Positions 1 to 8,787 of a DNA stretch of 64,000 nucleotides are shown here, one piece after another. A model generated the notes under the pieces. That model saw only the letters and a list, made by a program, of their open reading frames with translations. It had not been told where the DNA came from and did no database searches. Source of the stretch: Candidatus Woesearchaeota archaeon (GTDB lineage: Archaea; Nanobdellota; Nanobdellia; Pacearchaeales; GW2011-AR1); assembly GCA_964651965.1 (NCBI GenBank), contig CAZYZS010000004.1, forward strand, positions 18,244 through 82,243, read 5' to 3'. Position 1 is the stretch's first letter; every line of letters starts with the position of its first letter. A program made the position numbers and the translations under genes.

Positions 1-1043
1 TGGAGGAAAAAGATGGCTTAATTTATTATGAGAACTTCCCTTTTTTGTGGCAGACAGAAATTTCTTTGATGTATTCTCAAGGAGGAAAAGGGAGAAGAGT
101 GCATTACGTTATCTTGGCTCCTAACAAGGAAGTTGTATTGCAGATAACAAAATTTTTAGGAAGCAAGGGAAGGTTAGATTACGATGGCAGGCCAATTTTT
201 GGATTTTCTTCAATAATACTAGCAGAGGAAATGGAGAAAATTGATAAAGCTATTGAAATAATTCCCGCGCATAGTTGGACGCCTTGGTTCGGAATTTTTG
301 GGAGCATGTCTGGATTTGATTCTTTAAAAGAGGCTTTTGAGGACAAGGCAGATAGGATACATGCAATTGAGACGGGCATGTCAAGCGACCCTGAGATGAA
401 TTGGAGAATAAAAGAATTAAATGAAAAATCCATTGTTTCTTTTTCGGACATACACAGTTTTTGGCCATGGAGGATGGGGAGAGAGGCGACTATTTTTACA
501 GGTGAATTAACCTATAAGAATATTCTTAGGCAGATTAGGGAAAATAGCTTTGTTGGGACTGTTGAAACTGACCCTGCCTATGGTAAGTATCATTGGGATG
601 GGCACAGGCTTTGCAAATTTTCGTGCTCTCCAGAAGAAAGCAGGAAACTAAATAATACCTGCCCTAAATGCGGCAAGGAACTGGTAATAGGAGTTGAAAA
701 TAGGGTAGAAGAACTAGCAACAAATCCAGAAGGCTATAAGCCAGGAAATGCAAAGCCATTTTATAAGATTCTCCCGCTGCATGAATTAATTGCTCTTGCC
801 AAGGCAAGTACTTTAGCAAGCAAGAAGACTTGGCAAGTTTATAATCAGCTGATGGAGAGATTTGGAAATGAATTTAATGTGTTATTACATGCAGATAAAA
901 TTGAGCTTGCAAAGTTATTGGGGGATGAGACGCTTGTTGAACTGATTATGGAGAATAGAATAGGGAACATAAAAGTAAAGCCGGGTTACGATGGAGAGTA
1001 TGGTGTCCCGATGATGAAAGAGGCGCAAAAAACTTTATTTTAG
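1..1043 (+). CDS. Endonuclease Q-like nuclease, C-terminal ~345 aa; the 5' end lies outside the window
   Basis: The frame is open from the window edge; track ORF 45..1043 begins at an internal TTG. Motifs IIPAHSWTPWFGIFGS and the zinc ribbon CPKCGKELVIGVENRVEEL resemble the EndoQ/TIGR00375 family as I recall it. Confidence 0.55.
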   Translation, partial: EEKDGLIYYENFPFLWQTEISLMYSQGGKGRRVHYVILAPNKEVVLQITKFLGSKGRLDYDGRPIFGFSSIILAEEMEKIDKAIEIIPAHSWTPWFGIFGSMSGFDSLKEAFEDKADRIHAIETGMSSDPEMNWRIKELNEKSIVSFSDIHSFWPWRMGREATIFTGELTYKNILRQIRENSFVGTVETDPAYGKYHWDGHRLCKFSCSPEESRKLNNTCPKCGKELVIGVENRVEELATNPEGYKPGNAKPFYKILPLHELIALAKASTLASKKTWQVYNQLMERFGNEFNVLLHADKIELAKLLGDETLVELIMENRIGNIKVKPGYDGEYGVPMMKEAQKTLF

Positions 1044-1148
1044 AAAAATTTTGAACTTGTAGCCTGCTTGCTTGGTTTTTTCCTTGCAAATTTTACACTG
1101 TTCTTCTAGCGTGTAATTTTTGCATTTCTTACATTTCTTAAGCTTCAT
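1035..1148 (-). CDS. nop10: Minimal Nop10-like zinc-ribbon protein (37 aa, below the ORF-track cutoff)
   Basis: Hand translation gives MKLKKCKKCKNYTLEEQCKICKEKTKQAGYKFKIFLK. The CxxC..YTL..CxxC pattern matches Nop10. Its ATG overlaps the aIF2-alpha stop (ATGA), and aIF2alpha-Nop10 is a conserved archaeal gene order. Confidence 0.55.
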   Translation of the reverse strand: MKLKKCKKCKNYTLEEQCKICKEKTKQAGYKFKIFLK

Positions 1149-1843
1149 TTTTCTTTTAGCAAGGAGTATACACAGCCGTTCTCTTTTGCTTTTTTTTCTA
1201 TTTCTGCCAAAAGAGCGTCAATCCTTCGGTTGGCTTCTTTGTAATTCTTATCTTTTATCTCTATTGAGAACTTGCCTGCTGCAATGTACCTTGCTTCTGC
1301 AGGTAGCATATTTTTTATTCTTTTAATCCCGTCTTCTGCCTTGTTTGAAAGAGCGAACTTCTTTTTTACAAAAACTTCTTTTTCTTTTTTTTCGTTTAAT
1401 ATCTTAATCAGCCTATCTTTCTCTTGTTTTGGCATAAGCTCGTCAAGTAGCTCTGGCTTTTCCCTTGCCTGTTCGAAGAATTCAACTAACGATGAGCTTT
1501 CTTTTATTTTCTCTATTATCTTTTCGGGGTTTCCTGTTATTGTTTTTAAAGTTGCTATAAGGCTCTTTTCTTTTTGGTTTAGTTCAAGGGCGTCTCTTTT
1601 TTCTTTTGCAGATACTCTTCTCAGGCTTAAGTCAATATGCCCTTTGTCGTCCATTCTGAGAACCTTACAGACTATCTTTTTGTTTGGAACAACATAATCC
1701 CTCAGGTTTCTTATCCTTCCCGGAGCTATTTCAGAGGTCATTATCGTGCCCTCTTTCCCATAGTCATCAAGCTTAACAAAGACAGTAGTGCCAACTATTT
1801 TTGTCACAGTGCAGATTAGTATTTGGCCTTCTTCTAGCTTCAT
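1145..1843 (-). CDS. eif2a: Translation initiation factor 2 subunit alpha (aIF2-alpha)
   Basis: S1-domain N-terminus EGQILICTVTKIVGTTVFVKLDDYGKEGTIMTSEIAPGRIRN. It sits between S27e and Nop10 as in other archaea. Confidence 0.9.
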   Translation of the reverse strand: MKLEEGQILICTVTKIVGTTVFVKLDDYGKEGTIMTSEIAPGRIRNLRDYVVPNKKIVCKVLRMDDKGHIDLSLRRVSAKEKRDALELNQKEKSLIATLKTITGNPEKIIEKIKESSSLVEFFEQAREKPELLDELMPKQEKDRLIKILNEKKEKEVFVKKKFALSNKAEDGIKRIKNMLPAEARYIAAGKFSIEIKDKNYKEANRRIDALLAEIEKKAKENGCVYSLLKEK

Positions 1844-1844
1844 T

Positions 1845-2012
1845 TTAATTTAATATTTCTACTATTCTGGCTTTTATTTTTGCCTTCCCGCCAGCTGGCT
1901 CGGCGATTACACTTCCGCAGATTAAGCATTTTATATGGGAAGATGCTTTGCCAAATATTACCTGCTCGTTCTTGCATTTCTGGCATCTGACTTTTACAAA
2001 TCTACTCTTCAT
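1845..2012 (-). CDS. rps27e: 30S ribosomal protein S27e (55 aa, below the ORF-track cutoff)
   Basis: Hand translation gives MKSRFVKVRCQKCKNEQVIFGKASSHIKCLICGSVIAEPAGGKAKIKARIVEILN, a C4 zinc ribbon typical of eS27. The stop lies 1 nt before the aIF2-alpha start. Confidence 0.85.
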   Translation of the reverse strand: MKSRFVKVRCQKCKNEQVIFGKASSHIKCLICGSVIAEPAGGKAKIKARIVEILN

Positions 2013-2036
2013 GAAACTTCCTAAGAACGCTTATTT

Positions 2037-3356
2037 TTAAATCTTTACTAATTCTATTTCTAGTTTTTTCTTCAGCAATTCAATGAATTCCTCTTCTTTT
2101 GCCTTTGAAATAAGGCATCCGGCAGCTAATGGGTGGCCTCCTGATTCTCCCCCTGTTTTTTCAACAACCGAGTCGAGGATCTCTCTTATGTTGCGGCCAT
2201 TTCTTCCTGCTATCCTTCCTGAGACTTTTATTTTGTCATTGTTCCAAGCCATTGTTATTATTGCAGTGCCTTCTCTATAAACTGCGGACATTGAGAGGAT
2301 AGAAGCTATTGTGCCTATAACAGTGTCTTTTATGTTGTCTTTTGCATTTATTATTATGTAGTCTCTTCCTTGTATCTTTTCTATGCTGGAAACAAGGTTA
2401 AGTCCAGAGATTATATGCTGCTTGTAATCTGCATAAATCCTTTCTGCTTTTTTTCTTGCTTCATTGCTGCCCATGCATAACGCTAGAGCCACTTCGCTGT
2501 GATCCAGTCGTGAGCAAGCGTTTATCATGGCGCTTATTTCTCGCGCATCTTCTAGCTTGCTGAATATTTTTATCAGATAGATGTTACCTATAAATTTTTC
2601 AGTGTCCCTTTTTGTTCTTTTTAGAACTATGGCAGTTACAAGTTTAGACATTTCATCTTCATTTAACTCTATGAGACTTTTGTAGACGCCATCTTTTTTT
2701 TCTATCCCCGCGTCTTTTAGCAGGCTTATAGCCCCTGTTGAGCTTCCCGTAACCCCCGGTATGAAGATGCTGGAGCTGAACTCGAGCGTTTTGTTCAAAG
2801 GGCGAGTAGCAGGATAGAGAAGAAGGCCTTTTTTAATTTTCATCTCTGCATCGTTTATTATGCTGTTTCCTACTTTTCCGATATTTTGGTCATGCATATC
2901 TCCTACCATCCCGATTACTGCAAGATTTGCTAGTTTTTTATTTTCTGGATTTATTTCTTTTACGAATAAGTAAGTTAGAGCTGCTCCGCATAGGTTATCT
3001 TCATCATGCAAATAGGGATTTATGATATGAACATTTTCGTTTATTTTTTGATTTTTGTCTATTTCGTGATGGTCTATAATATATACTGGATTTTTTAGCT
3101 GGTTTATCTGTTCCAGACTTCCAGAAGCCAAATCAAGAAATACTAGGATGCTGTTTTTGGGCAGCGCTTCTATGGTCTCTTTTTCCAGTTGTTTTATAAT
3201 TTTTACAGAGAAATTTTTGTCTAAGTTTTGCATGGCTTTTGCCATAATTGCAGCAGAGCAGATTCCATCGGTGTCATAATGGCTTACAATCTGCACCCTT
3301 TTTTCTTTACTCTGACTTAGGAAGTCCTTTGCTGTCTGTTGGATTTTCTTCAGCAT
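2037..3356 (-). CDS. RecJ-like DHH/DHHA1 phosphoesterase (archaeal RecJ/Cdc45-type)
   Basis: DHH motifs VSHYDTDGICSAA and IIDHHE, plus the DHHA1 motif GGHPLAAG. It lies directly downstream of uS15. Confidence 0.8.
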   Translation of the reverse strand: MLKKIQQTAKDFLSQSKEKRVQIVSHYDTDGICSAAIMAKAMQNLDKNFSVKIIKQLEKETIEALPKNSILVFLDLASGSLEQINQLKNPVYIIDHHEIDKNQKINENVHIINPYLHDEDNLCGAALTYLFVKEINPENKKLANLAVIGMVGDMHDQNIGKVGNSIINDAEMKIKKGLLLYPATRPLNKTLEFSSSIFIPGVTGSSTGAISLLKDAGIEKKDGVYKSLIELNEDEMSKLVTAIVLKRTKRDTEKFIGNIYLIKIFSKLEDAREISAMINACSRLDHSEVALALCMGSNEARKKAERIYADYKQHIISGLNLVSSIEKIQGRDYIIINAKDNIKDTVIGTIASILSMSAVYREGTAIITMAWNNDKIKVSGRIAGRNGRNIREILDSVVEKTGGESGGHPLAAGCLISKAKEEEFIELLKKKLEIELVKI

Positions 3357-3714
3357 TTTTCCTCTTTTTGTATTTTTGATACTCAGAGATTCTGGCGTTT
3401 ATTATTGTTAGCGCCATTTTAGCCCTTTTGTCTTGTTTGTTTTTCTTTAAGTGCTGCGTTATTGCTTGCTGTTTTTTATCAAGGTTGACGGCGGTTGTAT
3501 CTTGGTAAAGGCTATTCTCTTTTAGAATCTGACTTATTTTTTTCCCAGTGATTCTTGTCGTAGGTATCCCGTAGCTATCCCTCAGTTCAAGGCCTATCTT
3601 CTCGGAGGTAAGTCCTTGCTTAGCTAGCTTTACTACGATAGCTTCCATGTCTTTTTCGCTAAATTTTAACCATAAAGGCGTTTCTTTAGTTTTCTCGGCT
3701 TTGGAGTGTGTCAT
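3307..3714 (-). CDS. rps15: 30S ribosomal protein uS15 (S15P/S13e)
   Basis: LWLKFSEKDMEAIVVKLAKQGLTSEKIGLELRDSYGIPTTR matches the archaeal uS15 N-domain. The 3' end overlaps the recJ-like start by 50 nt. Confidence 0.85.
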   Translation of the reverse strand: MTHSKAEKTKETPLWLKFSEKDMEAIVVKLAKQGLTSEKIGLELRDSYGIPTTRITGKKISQILKENSLYQDTTAVNLDKKQQAITQHLKKNKQDKRAKMALTIINARISEYQKYKKRKNAEENPTDSKGLPKSE

Positions 3715-3805
3715 TATTATCTCTATTTTTAGGGCTTTAAAAATGTTTGGAATTATGGAAAAAGGGTGAAAAAATCTTCCTTTGAATCCTGGCTGTTTTT
3801 ATAAG

Positions 3806-3891
3806 TAGCCCCGCCAGGATTCGAACCTGGGTCGCAGCCTTTCTCTCAATGGACCAAAGGGCTACATGCTTGACCGCTACACTACGGGGCT
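3806..3891 (-). tRNA. tRNA-Gln (UUG) with a 13-nt canonical 37/38 intron (3841..3853)
   Basis: Hand fold: acceptor AGCCCCG/CGGGGCT, anticodon stem TAGCC/GGCTG, loop CTTTGG..A, T arm CCAGG-TTCGAAT-CCTGG. BHB central helix CTTT/AGAG. Confidence 0.75.
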
Positions 3892-3915
3892 ATTCAAAAA
3901 CAAGAGAAAAGCAAT

Positions 3916-4518
3916 TTAAAAGCCTTTCTTATAACGTCCTCTTGCCTCTACTTTTTTTAATTGCTCTAGAACTAGAGTTTTATCCTTGCTATTGTAGCCT
4001 CTTAAGACCGAATTGAACAAAGATTCCCAGTTTTGAAAATGTTTGGCTTCCAAAGCTTGCCTTAAGAGATGCAAATCCACTGCTTTGTCCTCTATTCTTT
4101 TACTTGTAAATCCAAGGCCAAAATCAATGAAAAAAACTTGATTATCTTTTAGAATCATGTTGCTTGTCGTAAGGTCGCCATGAATAATGTCTGCATCATG
4201 CAGTTTGGCTATATTTTTTCCAATTTGTTCGCAGATTTTCTCTGCATCTTTTAGGTTATCGAGGTGCTCGGACAGCTTTTTTCCATCTATAAACTCCATC
4301 TCTATTTTTTCTTTTTCGTCTGTTTTTATTACTTTTGGGACCGGAATTAATTCTGATGCTTTTTCTAGGAGTCTAGTTTCTTTTTTTGTCCTTTGCTTCC
4401 GCAGTTTCTCATCCAGAGAGGGGAGACGATAGCCTTTTTTTATCCTGTCTTTTACCAGTTGATTGTTTTCTTTAATTAAAATTGCTTCTGCTCCCCGGCC
4501 TATTATGTTTTGTTTCAT
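3916..4518 (-). CDS. bud32: Bud32/PRPK-type small kinase (KEOPS subunit)
   Basis: IGRGAEAILIK glycine loop, HDADIIHGDLTTSNMIL catalytic loop and FFIDFGLG; the ~200 aa size is typical of Bud32. Confidence 0.85.
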   Translation of the reverse strand: MKQNIIGRGAEAILIKENNQLVKDRIKKGYRLPSLDEKLRKQRTKKETRLLEKASELIPVPKVIKTDEKEKIEMEFIDGKKLSEHLDNLKDAEKICEQIGKNIAKLHDADIIHGDLTTSNMILKDNQVFFIDFGLGFTSKRIEDKAVDLHLLRQALEAKHFQNWESLFNSVLRGYNSKDKTLVLEQLKKVEARGRYKKGF

Positions 4519-5021
4519 TTCCCAAGCTCTCTTTTCATCTGAAAGACTGCTTCATTTCCAAGCATTGTGAGCTTTTTTAATTTATCTCTTATTATTTCTA
4601 AAGACTCTTCTTGCTTTTTCTTGCTTTCTTCTGGCAGCTTTTCAAATTCTTTGAATATTTCTTTTTCCACTTCTACAAAAGCCACTATTTTTTGAGATAA
4701 TCCATTTACGTTGAAGTATAAAGGGCTTGCTAAAATCAGGAAATTTTTTCTTTCTTCTTTAAGTTTTTCGTGTATACTCTTCAGCTGCGATTTTTTACTT
4801 GCAGATTCAGCTTCTCTTAAAGCATTGCGATAGTTTCTTAGGTTTTTCTCTATGTTTTCTGCCATTTTTTCGAAATATTCTAGTTTTCTCTTGAAAATAA
4901 TGTCTTTTCTACCGCTTCTTAACCCTAGCCTGTGGTTTATATATGGGCCAATAAGTGTGCCTACAAGTACTCCTATAAATCCTGCGATTGTTGTAAGAAT
5001 ACCTGAACTTATGCTTACCAT
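4515..5021 (-). CDS. Membrane-anchored coiled-coil protein, unknown function
   Basis: N-terminal TM ILTTIAGFIGVLVGTLIGPYI followed by K/E-rich helical sequence. ATGA overlap with bud32. Confidence 0.5.
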   Translation of the reverse strand: MVSISSGILTTIAGFIGVLVGTLIGPYINHRLGLRSGRKDIIFKRKLEYFEKMAENIEKNLRNYRNALREAESASKKSQLKSIHEKLKEERKNFLILASPLYFNVNGLSQKIVAFVEVEKEIFKEFEKLPEESKKKQEESLEIIRDKLKKLTMLGNEAVFQMKRELGK

Positions 5022-5145
5022 TTTACACCTTTTTTTGGAACTTATGTTAGAAACACAGGCATTTTTAAAACTTTGGATGTCCTTGTTTTCATTGTATAGT
5101 TTCTATTTTAATAATGCTTAAATAGATAGATGTTTGAAGAGTAAT

Positions 5146-5535
5146 ATGGGCGAAGAAACAATAACGAATGCAAGAACTTATGAAAAATCCTTGCTGGTAG
5201 CAATATGCGAGATGCTTGAGAAACAAGGAACTCCAAATTTTGGAGAGGGCGAGGGGAGTTCAGATTTTGGGGTTGTTCATGGGGCTTTAAGAAGCGCTTA
5301 TAATGGGATTGGAGAACTTATGGGGCTACCTTTGGCTCCAGATAGAATCATAAAACTTGAAGAACAGGGAAGTAAAATCTTTAAGGCAAGAAATGCGCTT
5401 GTTCATGGGGTAGAGGTTGATAGAAGGGAATTTAGAGGTCTTGCAGAAGAACTTGATAGTGCTTCAGAAATACAAAAAATTGCTGAAACTTTAAGAGGAT
5501 ATGCTGCTGTTTGGTATGGAGAAGCAGAATCTTAA
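5146..5535 (+). CDS. Small HEPN-like protein (Rx4H motif), unknown function
   Basis: The ATG at 5146 is preferred to the track's TTG at 5134. The motif KARNALVHG fits the HEPN R-x4-H signature. The gene looks GC-richer than its neighbours. Confidence 0.4.
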   Translation: MGEETITNARTYEKSLLVAICEMLEKQGTPNFGEGEGSSDFGVVHGALRSAYNGIGELMGLPLAPDRIIKLEEQGSKIFKARNALVHGVEVDRREFRGLAEELDSASEIQKIAETLRGYAAVWYGEAES

Positions 5536-5539
5536 TTCT

Positions 5540-6919
5540 TTATTTTAATCGCATCTTTTTTCCGAATTTCTTGGCTAGTTTCATCATTTGTTTCTGTGAT
5601 AGGCCTTGGGAAGGATCAATATCTGATATATTTCCTGAGGCAAATTCTTTCAGGAGCTTGTATTGTTTGATTAATTGCCTTATGTCTGTTGTGGTTGTGC
5701 CCGAGCCTGCTGCTATCCTTTTAAGGCGCGAGGTTTGTTTTTCTAAAATATCTGGATTTTCTATTTCTTCTTGAGTCATTGAGTCAATTGCATTCTGCCA
5801 TTTTTTCAGCTTGTCTTCCTGCGCCCCTAGCATGCCTTCTGGAATTTTGGCTTTTCCCAAGCCCGGAATCATTTCAGCTATTTTGCTTAAAGAGCCCATG
5901 CCCTGCATTGATTTGAGCTGCTGTTGCAAATCTCTTAAATCCAACTTGCCTTCCTGCAGCTTTTTTTGTAGTTTCTTCTGTTTTTTTTCATCAAACTCTA
6001 AAGAAGTCTTGACTTTTTCTACTAGACTTTCTAAATCTCCGAGTCCTAAAATTCTAGAGATGAAAGAAGCAGGATTAAAAGTCTCTATATCTCCCATTTT
6101 TTCGCCTGTTCCTATGAAAAAAACAGGCGCAGATGTTTCTTTGCAGGCAGTAAGAGCTCCGCCTCCTTTAGCAGAGGAATCCATTCTCGTTATTACAACT
6201 CCGTTAATGTAACACGCTTGCTGGAATTCAGAAGCTTGTTTTTTAGCTGCCTGCCCAATATCTGCCGGTATCACTAGGAGAACATAGTCTGGATTGATCT
6301 CTTCTTTTAATTTTTTTATTTCTTCAACTAGCTCTTGGTCTAAAGAATGCCTTCCAGCAGTATCTATTATGACTAAATCATGATTTTCAATTTCTTTTTC
6401 AAAACTTTTGTAGATTTCTATTGGATTTTTTTCTTTTTTGTCTATAAATACAGGAATCTTTATCTTGCTTCCAATTTGCTCTAATTGGTCGGCAGCCGCA
6501 GGTCTATGTACATCTAATCCTAATAAGCATGGATTTTTGCCTCTTTTGCTGTAATACAAAGCCAATTTTCCCGATGTCGTTGTTTTTCCACTGCCGTACA
6601 AGCCAAGCATCATTATCTTGGTTTTCTTTTTAAGTTCAAGCTCTTTTTTCTCTCCGCCAAGCATTTGAAGTATCTCATCGTGCAGCAATTTAACCAGATG
6701 TTCTTTTCGGTCTATTCCCTTGCCCTTAATTTTCTCTTCTGAAGCTTCTTCCCTTATTTTTTTGCTTATCTCTGCAACCAAGGCAACATTAACATCTGCT
6801 TCTATCAAGCCCCTCTGTAGCTCTTTTACTATAGCATCTATTGTTTTTTTGTCAAGAAAGATACTCCCAGATATCTTGTCAAAGGTCTTTTTCAATGCAT
6901 TTCCAAGTCCAGATAACAT
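5540..6919 (-). CDS. srp54: Signal recognition particle protein SRP54
   Basis: GLYGSGKTTT P-loop, DTAGR, TRMD, and a C-terminal Met-rich M domain (LKSMQGMGSLSKIAEMIPG). Confidence 0.95.
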   Translation of the reverse strand: MLSGLGNALKKTFDKISGSIFLDKKTIDAIVKELQRGLIEADVNVALVAEISKKIREEASEEKIKGKGIDRKEHLVKLLHDEILQMLGGEKKELELKKKTKIMMLGLYGSGKTTTSGKLALYYSKRGKNPCLLGLDVHRPAAADQLEQIGSKIKIPVFIDKKEKNPIEIYKSFEKEIENHDLVIIDTAGRHSLDQELVEEIKKLKEEINPDYVLLVIPADIGQAAKKQASEFQQACYINGVVITRMDSSAKGGGALTACKETSAPVFFIGTGEKMGDIETFNPASFISRILGLGDLESLVEKVKTSLEFDEKKQKKLQKKLQEGKLDLRDLQQQLKSMQGMGSLSKIAEMIPGLGKAKIPEGMLGAQEDKLKKWQNAIDSMTQEEIENPDILEKQTSRLKRIAAGSGTTTTDIRQLIKQYKLLKEFASGNISDIDPSQGLSQKQMMKLAKKFGKKMRLK

Positions 6920-7018
6920 CTGAATATCAAGAAAAAAGGGTTTTTATGATTATTGGTTTTAAAAGCCCAGCTAGCAGATAGAATCCAAATAAAAAAATTA
7001 ATCTATTTTTTATTAGAA

Positions 7019-7213
7019 TTACTTGCTTAACGCGACATTAGTAGCTTTAGGGCCCCGGTCTCCTTGTTCAACGTCAAAGGTGACGTCATCCCCTTCAGAT
7101 ATGGTCGTTCCTTCTTTAAGCCCTGATTGGTGTACAAAGTACTCTTTTCCGTCGTCTGCTGTAATGAAGCCGAAACCTTTCATCTCATTAAAAAATTTTA
7201 CTTTTCCTTTCAT
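7019..7213 (-). CDS. csp: Cold-shock protein (CspA family, OB fold)
   Basis: KGKVKFFNEMKGFGFITADDGKEYFVHQSGL contains the RNP1/RNP2 motifs. The gene is visibly GC-richer than its flanks. Confidence 0.9.
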   Translation of the reverse strand: MKGKVKFFNEMKGFGFITADDGKEYFVHQSGLKEGTTISEGDDVTFDVEQGDRGPKATNVALSK

Positions 7214-7283
7214 TTTAACCTCGTTAGAGTTTCTTGTATAGTTGAGAAATTAAGTCCCTTTATAAACCCTCTCTTTTTCAGAT

Positions 7284-8720
7284 TTACGAGAAAAGTTCTT
7301 CTATGAATTTTTCTTTATCAAAAACTTCTAAGTTATCGTATCCTTGACCTGTGCCTAGGAATAAAATTGGTTTCTTAGTAATGTAAGAAACGGAGATTGC
7401 TGTGCCACCTTTTTCGTCCACATCTGCTTTTGTGAGAATACTGCCATCAATACCTATGGCTTCGTTAAAATTTCTTGCCTGCTGGATCGCATCATTTCCT
7501 GCTATGCTTTCTGCAACGAAAATTTTCAGGTCGGGATTGGTAACCCTGCATATCTTTTCCATTTCTGATAGAAGATTATCCTTGGTGTGCATTCTTCCTG
7601 CAGTATCTATCAAAACTGCTTGGATATCATGGGCTTTCGCGTGTTTTATTGCATCAAATGCAACTGCTGCAGGGTCTGCTCCATAGTCATGTTTTACTAC
7701 TTTAATATTTAACTTTGAAGCATGATATTCCAGTTGTTCTATTGAAGCTGCCCTGAAAGTATCTGAGGCAGCTAGGACACAACTAATCTTATTTTTTAAG
7801 AGAAGATTTGCAACTTTTGCAATCGTTGTTGTTTTTCCTGTTCCGTTAATTCCAAAAAATACCATAACAAAGGGCTTTTTTCCCTTGATTAACGGAAGAA
7901 GGTCATCGGGTTCTATAAGAATATTATCTATTGATTTTTTCAAAGCCTCCTTAATTTTTTCTTCCAAGGCATCTTTTTTAATTTCTTTTCCTACTAATTC
8001 TGTTTTCAGCTGCTTTTTAATTGCGTCTACTGCTTCCAAAGCTACATTGCTCTCTAGCAGAGTCAGCTCCAAATCCTCAAAAATCCCTTCAAAGTCTTCT
8101 TCTGAAAGCTTGTAAGAAAAACGCTCTTTTATTTTTTTGAATATCGAGGGCCTTTCTTTTTCAAGTTCTTCTATTGTTGGGGCGGCCCTGCTTATTGGTT
8201 CTTCCTTTTTAACTTCTTCCTCTTTTTCTTTAATTTCCTTTATCTTTTCTTCTTCTGTTTCTTTCTTTTCTTCTTTAACTTCTTCTGCTTTTGGCTTTTC
8301 TTCTTCTTTCTTCTCTTTTTTGAAAAGCCTTTTGAAAAAAGATTCTTCTTTAGGTTCTTCTAACTCTACCCTTTTTTCTTTTTCTAACTTTTTCTCTTCC
8401 TCTATAACCTTTTCTTCTTCTTGTTCTATCTCTTTTATCTCTTCCTTTGTTTTTTCTTCCTCTATTTCTTCTTCTTTCTCTGCTTCTTTAATTTCTTCTT
8501 TTTCTATCTTTTTCTCTTCTTTTTTTTCTTCTACTGTTTTTCTCTTCTTTACCTTTTTTGGCTTTCCTTCTTTCTTTATTTCTTCCTTTTTCTTTTCTTT
8601 AATCACTTCCTCTTTCTTTATTTCCTCTTTAGCCTCTTCTACCTTTTTTGCGCTTTCTTCTATTTTTTCCTTGCTTTTTCCAAGCCAGGATTTTATTTTT
8701 TCTTTAAAGAAATTAAACAT
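7284..8720 (-). CDS. ftsY: Signal recognition particle receptor FtsY with a ~180-aa K/E-rich N-terminal extension
   Basis: GINGTGKTTT, DTAGR and TKADVDEKGG in the C-terminal NG domain; the N-terminus is low-complexity KE repeats. Confidence 0.95.
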   Translation of the reverse strand: MFNFFKEKIKSWLGKSKEKIEESAKKVEEAKEEIKKEEVIKEKKKEEIKKEGKPKKVKKRKTVEEKKEEKKIEKEEIKEAEKEEEIEEEKTKEEIKEIEQEEEKVIEEEKKLEKEKRVELEEPKEESFFKRLFKKEKKEEEKPKAEEVKEEKKETEEEKIKEIKEKEEEVKKEEPISRAAPTIEELEKERPSIFKKIKERFSYKLSEEDFEGIFEDLELTLLESNVALEAVDAIKKQLKTELVGKEIKKDALEEKIKEALKKSIDNILIEPDDLLPLIKGKKPFVMVFFGINGTGKTTTIAKVANLLLKNKISCVLAASDTFRAASIEQLEYHASKLNIKVVKHDYGADPAAVAFDAIKHAKAHDIQAVLIDTAGRMHTKDNLLSEMEKICRVTNPDLKIFVAESIAGNDAIQQARNFNEAIGIDGSILTKADVDEKGGTAISVSYITKKPILFLGTGQGYDNLEVFDKEKFIEELFS

Positions 8721-8787
8721 AAACTAACTACAATTAAAGGGTTTATAATATTTGCTATTTTTATTATCGACGAGAAAAGAAATAACC

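Noticed and set aside
3307-3356. A 50-nt overlap between the uS15 3' end and the recJ-like start; I considered a frameshift or mis-called stop
   Set aside because: Both reading frames give sensible family-like sequence up to their ends. The uS15 tail is merely divergent, and gene overlaps are frequent in this compact genome.
7284-8720. The extreme K/E-rich N-terminal extension of FtsY as a possible separate gene or repeat element
   Set aside because: It is continuous with the NG domain in one frame. Acidic/basic A-domains are a known variable feature of FtsY, and the similar K/E tail on eS1 indicates a genome-wide compositional habit.
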